The position numbers and the translations under genes are program-made. 64,000 bases of DNA from Macrostomum lignano (lineage: Eukaryota): assembly GCA_002269645.1 (NCBI GenBank), contig NIVC01001166.1, positions 186,001-250,000 on the forward strand, in the 5' to 3' direction. Each line of letters opens with the position of its first letter. Position 1 is the first letter of the stretch. The notes beneath the pieces are model-generated. The model had not been told where the DNA came from. It saw nothing but the letters and a program-made list of their open reading frames with translations, and did not search any database. Below are positions 59,456-64,000 of the stretch, piece after piece.

Positions 59456-62400
59456 TTAATCCTCGTCGCTATCGAATACTATTCGTTTTGGCCGTTTAGC
59501 GCTGGAACCGGAAGTAGCGTCAGCACCGGAAGTGGAACCGGAAGATACACCGGAAGTGGAACCGGAAGCTACACCGGAAGTGGAACCGGAAGCTACACCG
59601 GAAGTGGAACTGGAAGCTATACCGGAAGTCCCAACGGAAGCTGGACTAGCCTGCCGTTTAACCCTAGCAGGCACCGGCGGCCCGGCCAGCGGACAACCCG
59701 GCCGGTGCTTCTCTTCCCAGTCGCGCCGAATTTTATCCCAATAGTCTCGCTCCCGCTGGCCGACTAGCAGCTCGGCGGACAGCGGCGGCGTTGTCAACTG
59801 CGGCAACGCCAGAAGTCGATCGGCAGCGGCGGCGTCTCGACAGCGCAAACAGGCGCCCCGACCGTCTTCATCGATGTCGATATAAGCGACGGCGTCGCGA
59901 GCTTCGCCGAGCGGCAGCTGATCGCGGATTCGCTTTCGGGTCAGGCCGCCGTCCGCGTCAGTCAGCCGGACAATCAGGCCGGCGGAGAAGCGCAGGTGGG
60001 CTGGCGGACCCGTGGCGCCTCCCGCCGCGTCCTCAACGTTGGCCCGACTCGCCTCGGCCGATTTAGCCTGGCGGAAAAGTTTTTTTTTTCGATACATATC
60101 GTTAAATAAAATAACCTGAGCACCACCTACCGGGTCCTCAATTTGAGCTACCACGTCCACCACCATTCAGCATCCACCGGGTCCTCAGACTGAGCTACCG
60201 CAACCATTCAGCATCCACTGGGTCCTCAGACTGAGCTACCGCATCCACCGGGTCCTCAGACTGAGCTACCGCAACCATTCAGCATCCACTGGGTCCTCAG
60301 ACTGAGCTACCGCATCCACCGGGTCCTCAGACTGAGCTACCGCAACCATTCAGCATCCACCGGGTCCTCAGACTGAGCTACCGCAACCATTCAGCATCCA
60401 CCGGGTCCTCAGACTGAGCTACCGCAACCATTCAGCATCCACCGGGTCCTCAGACTGAGCTACCGCAACCATTCAGCATCCACCGGGTCCTCAGACTGAG
60501 CTACCGCAACCATTCAGCATCCACCGGGTCCTCAGACTGAGCTACCGCAACCATTCAGCATCCACCGGGTCCTCAGACTGGGTCATTCAATCGAGATCGG
60601 GTCCTTAGAATTTCGGGCAGCTCCAACTATTTTTGCTCTGCAGATGCAGAACGGAAATGAATTAATTGCCCTACCCAGTTTTACAATAAGGTCAAAAAAC
60701 ACTCGCACCTTTTGAACTCGGCTTTTCAATTTTGCAACCTCCCTGTCTCGAGCTGATTTCATTTCCTGACGCAGCCGTTCCCATTCAGCTTTGGGCATCA
60801 CGGCGAGCCGTTTACCGGAAGCGGAACCGGATGTGGAACTAGTTCCGGCAGAGTCGCCGCTATCGCCTCCGCATCCCTGATCATATAGTGCAGTCTCCAA
60901 CTGAGTTGTGTCAATCTTGAGCACCTGGGCGGCCCTCAGCAACGATCTCACCTGGCTGCTAAACTTTGGCAGCCGAGCTCGCCACTGGCTTCGCGGCACC
61001 GAGTTGAGCCGGTCAACTGCCAGTTGGGCCTCGGCTGAGGTTTCAAATTCGACGAATGCAAAGCCTTTCGAGTCCCCGGTTGTGCGATAGCAAGGCAGGC
61101 TGATGTACAGAACCTGCGGTTGAAGGGGCAGCGGCGACTGAGATTTAGCGATGGTGGAAGGCTTTGGTTCAGACACTTCAGGATACTTCAGGAACACAGC
61201 TCTGAGATACTTCAGGCTGATGCTCAGGAACACAGCTCTGAGATACTTCAGGCTGATGCTCAGGAACACAGCTCTGAGATACTTCAGGGTGATGCTCAGG
61301 AACACAGCTCTGAGATACTTCAGGCTGATGCTCAGGAACACAGCTCTGAGATATTTCAGGCTGATGCTCAGGCACACAGCTCTGAGATACTTCAGGCTGA
61401 TGCTCAGGAACACAGCTCTGAGATATTTCAGGCTGATGCTCAGGAACACAGCTCTGAGATATTTCAGGGTGATGCTCAGGAACACAGCTCTGAAATATTT
61501 CAGGCTGATGCTCAGGAACACAGCTCTGAGATATTTCAGGCTGATGCTCAGGAACAGAGCTCTGAGATATTTCAGGCTGATGCTCAGGAACACAGCTCTG
61601 AGATATTTCAGGCTGATGCTCAGGAACACAGCTCTGATATACTTCAGGCTGATGTCTAGGCTCTGAGATATTTCAGGCTGATGCTCAGGAACACAGCTCT
61701 GATATACTTCAGGCTGATGTCTAGGCTCTGAGATATTTCAGGCTGATGTCTAGGCTCTGAGATATTTCAGGCTGATGTCTAGGCTCTGAGATATTTCAGG
61801 CTGATGTCTAGGCTCTGAGATATTTCAGGCTGATGTCTAGGCTCTGAGATATTTCAGGCTGATGTCTAGGCTCTGAGATATTTCAGGCTGATGCTCAGGA
61901 ACACAGCTCTGAGATATTTCAGGCTGATGCTCAGGCACACAGCTCTGAGATATTTCAGGCTGATGCTCAGGAACACAGCTCTGAAATATTTCAGGCTGAT
62001 GCTCAGGAACACAGCTCTGAGATATTTCAGGCTGATGCTCAGGAACACAGCTCTGAGATATTTCAGGCTGATGCTCAGGAACAGAGCTCTGATATACTTC
62101 AGGCTGATGTCTAGGCTCTGATATACTTCAGGCTGATGTCTAGGCTCTGAGATATTTCAGGCTGATGTCTAGGCTCTGAGATATTTCAGGCTGATGTCTA
62201 GGCTCTGAGATATTTCAGGCTGATGTCTAGGCTCTGAGATATTTCAGGCTGATGTCTAGGCTCTGAGATATTTCAGGCTGATGCTCAGGAACACAGCTCT
62301 GAGATATTTCAGGCTGATGCTCAGGAACACAGCTCTGAGATATTTCAGGCTGATGCTCAGGAACACAGCTCTGAGATATTTCAGGCTGATGCTCAGGAAC

Positions 62401-63349
62401 ACAGCTCTGAGATATTTCAGGCTGATGCTCAGGAACACAGCTCTGAGATATTTCAGGCTGATGCTCAGGCACACAGCTCTGAGATATTTCAGGCTGATGC
62501 TCAGGAACACAGCTCTGATATATTTCAGGCTGATGCTCAGGAACACAGCTCTGAGATATTTCAGGCTGATGCTCAGGAACACAGCTCTGAGATATTTCAG
62601 GCTGATGCTCAGGAACACAGCTCTGAGATATTTCAGGCTGATGCTCAGGAACACAGCTCTGAGATATTTCAGGCTGATGCTCAGGAACAGAGCTCTGATA
62701 TACTTCAGGTTGATGCTCAGGAACACAGCTCTGAGATATTTCAGGCTGATGCTCAGGAACACAGCTCTGAGATATTTCAGGCTGATGCTCAGGCACACAG
62801 CTGAGATTTTTCAGGGTGATGCTCAGGGTTAGAGCTCTGATACTTCAGTGTAAGAATTTTTAGAATCTGAGTCCACACCTGACCAACAGTGGAGAACATC
62901 TTGGCAACAGAATCGCGATCCACTTTGCAGCCGCTACCGCCGCTGGCGCCAGTGCCGCAGAGTCCGTCCACATAGACGGTTCTCTCGTCGACCGGCTCCA
63001 ACTGTCTTAGCGGAGCCGCCCGGCGCACCCGGAGCCCGTCATCGTCAAGTGCTAATAAGCGCGAAGCGCCAATAGCAACGCGCAGACGCGCAAGAATTTG
63101 ATCGCGCTGCTTGACCCCGGCCCGATGGCAGAATTCGATAACCCGATTGAACCGAAGGAACAGCCTCAATGGCAAATAGCCGTCCTCTGTCTTGTCCAAC
63201 TCAGAGCGCAAGAATCTGTCTTTGAGAAGATTGCCCTCGCCCAGGTAGAATTCTAACTGGCGCTTCAGCTGCTCAGTGAGCTCATCCAATTTATTGGCCA
63301 AGTCTGATGAAGCCGCCGCAGCTGATGCGGCTGAGCAACTGCTGCTAGC
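59456..63349 (-). CDS. LARP7: La-related protein 7 (La motif + RRM1 + xRRM). Exons 63349-62879, 61113-60709, 60067-59456; start codon not inside the visible exon
   Basis: La motif [18 protein letters not shown]...[15 protein letters not shown]1 ERTVYVDGL...[21 protein letters not shown], and C-terminal xRRM VAYIDI...[14 protein letters not shown] typical of LARP7/p65. Confidence 0.92.
60165..60580. repeat. 41-bp minisatellite in the last LARP7 intron
   Basis: Unit CATTCAGCATCCACCGGGTCCTCAGACTGAGCTACCGCAAC, about 11 copies. Confidence 0.96.
61165..62845. repeat. 36/29-bp minisatellite in a LARP7 intron
   Basis: Units CTCTGAGATATTTCAGGCTGATGCTCAGGAACACAG and CTCTGAGATATTTCAGGCTGATGTCTAGG. Confidence 0.97.
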
Positions 63350-63394
63350 CTGAAAATTTTAGTCGGGATTATCCAGGTATTCAAGATGATCAGG

Positions 63395-64000
63395 CGGCCA
63401 AGTCTGAGGACCCGGTGGATGCTGGATGGGTGAGGGCCCAGTCTGAGGACCCAGTGGATGCTGGATGGGTAAGGGCCCAGTCTGAGGACCCGGTGGATGC
63501 TGGATGGGTGAGGGCCCAGTCTGAGGACCCGGTGGATGCTGGATGGGTGAGGGCCCAGTCTGAGGACCCGGTGGATGCTGGATGGGTGAGGGCCCAGTCT
63601 GAGGACCCGGTGGATGCTGGATGGGTAAGGGCCCAGTCTGAGGACCCGGTGGATGCTGGATGGGTGAGGGCCCAGTCTGAGGACCCGGTGGATGCTGGAT
63701 GGGTGAGGGCCCAGTCTGAGGACCCGGTGGATGCTGGATGGGTGAGGGCCCAGTCTGAGGACCCGGTGGATGCTGGATGGGTGAGGGCCAGTCTGAGGAC
63801 CCGGTGGATGCTGGATGGGTGAGGGCCCAGTCTGAGGATCCGGTGGATGCTGGATGGGTGAGGGCCAGTCTGAGGACCCAGTGGATGCTGGAAGGGTGAG
63901 GGCCAGTCTGAGGACCCGGTAGATGCTGGATGGGTGAGGGCCAGTCTGAGGACCCGGTGGATGCTGGATGGGTGAGGGCCCAGTCTGAGGACCCGGTGGA
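63395..64000. repeat. 39-bp minisatellite 5' of the first visible LARP7 exon (runs off the window)
   Basis: Unit CCAGTCTGAGGACCCGGTGGATGCTGGATGGGTGAGGGC. Confidence 0.97.

Overview
Eukaryotic animal DNA. GC-rich exons, GT-AG introns packed with minisatellites and the gene content point to a Macrostomum lignano-like flatworm (inference; no search was run). I assembled ten protein-coding gene models by hand and checked splice phases: Pax2/5/8-like (+, 5' end outside the window), then on the minus strand TCHP, PELP1, glutaminase (two 1-nt frameshifts) and FRG1, then a DEG/ENaC channel (+), then a tight minus-strand run LARP7 > rhodanese > PUS7 > SART3. Most other ORFs in the track are artefacts of tandem repeats or antisense shadows of GC-rich exons. 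Main leads: (1) a divergent U1-like snRNA at about 43038-43200; (2) a possible trans-spliced operon of snRNA/RNA-maturation genes; (3) two satellites with an identical 25-bp core in inverted orientation bracketing the first two visible LARP7 exons; (4) a satellite built from a tRNA 3' half (B-box array); (5) several repeats that are homotypic arrays of classic TF motifs (CRE, NF-Y, AP-1/MARE, ETS). Repeat boundaries and copy numbers were read by eye and are approximate.
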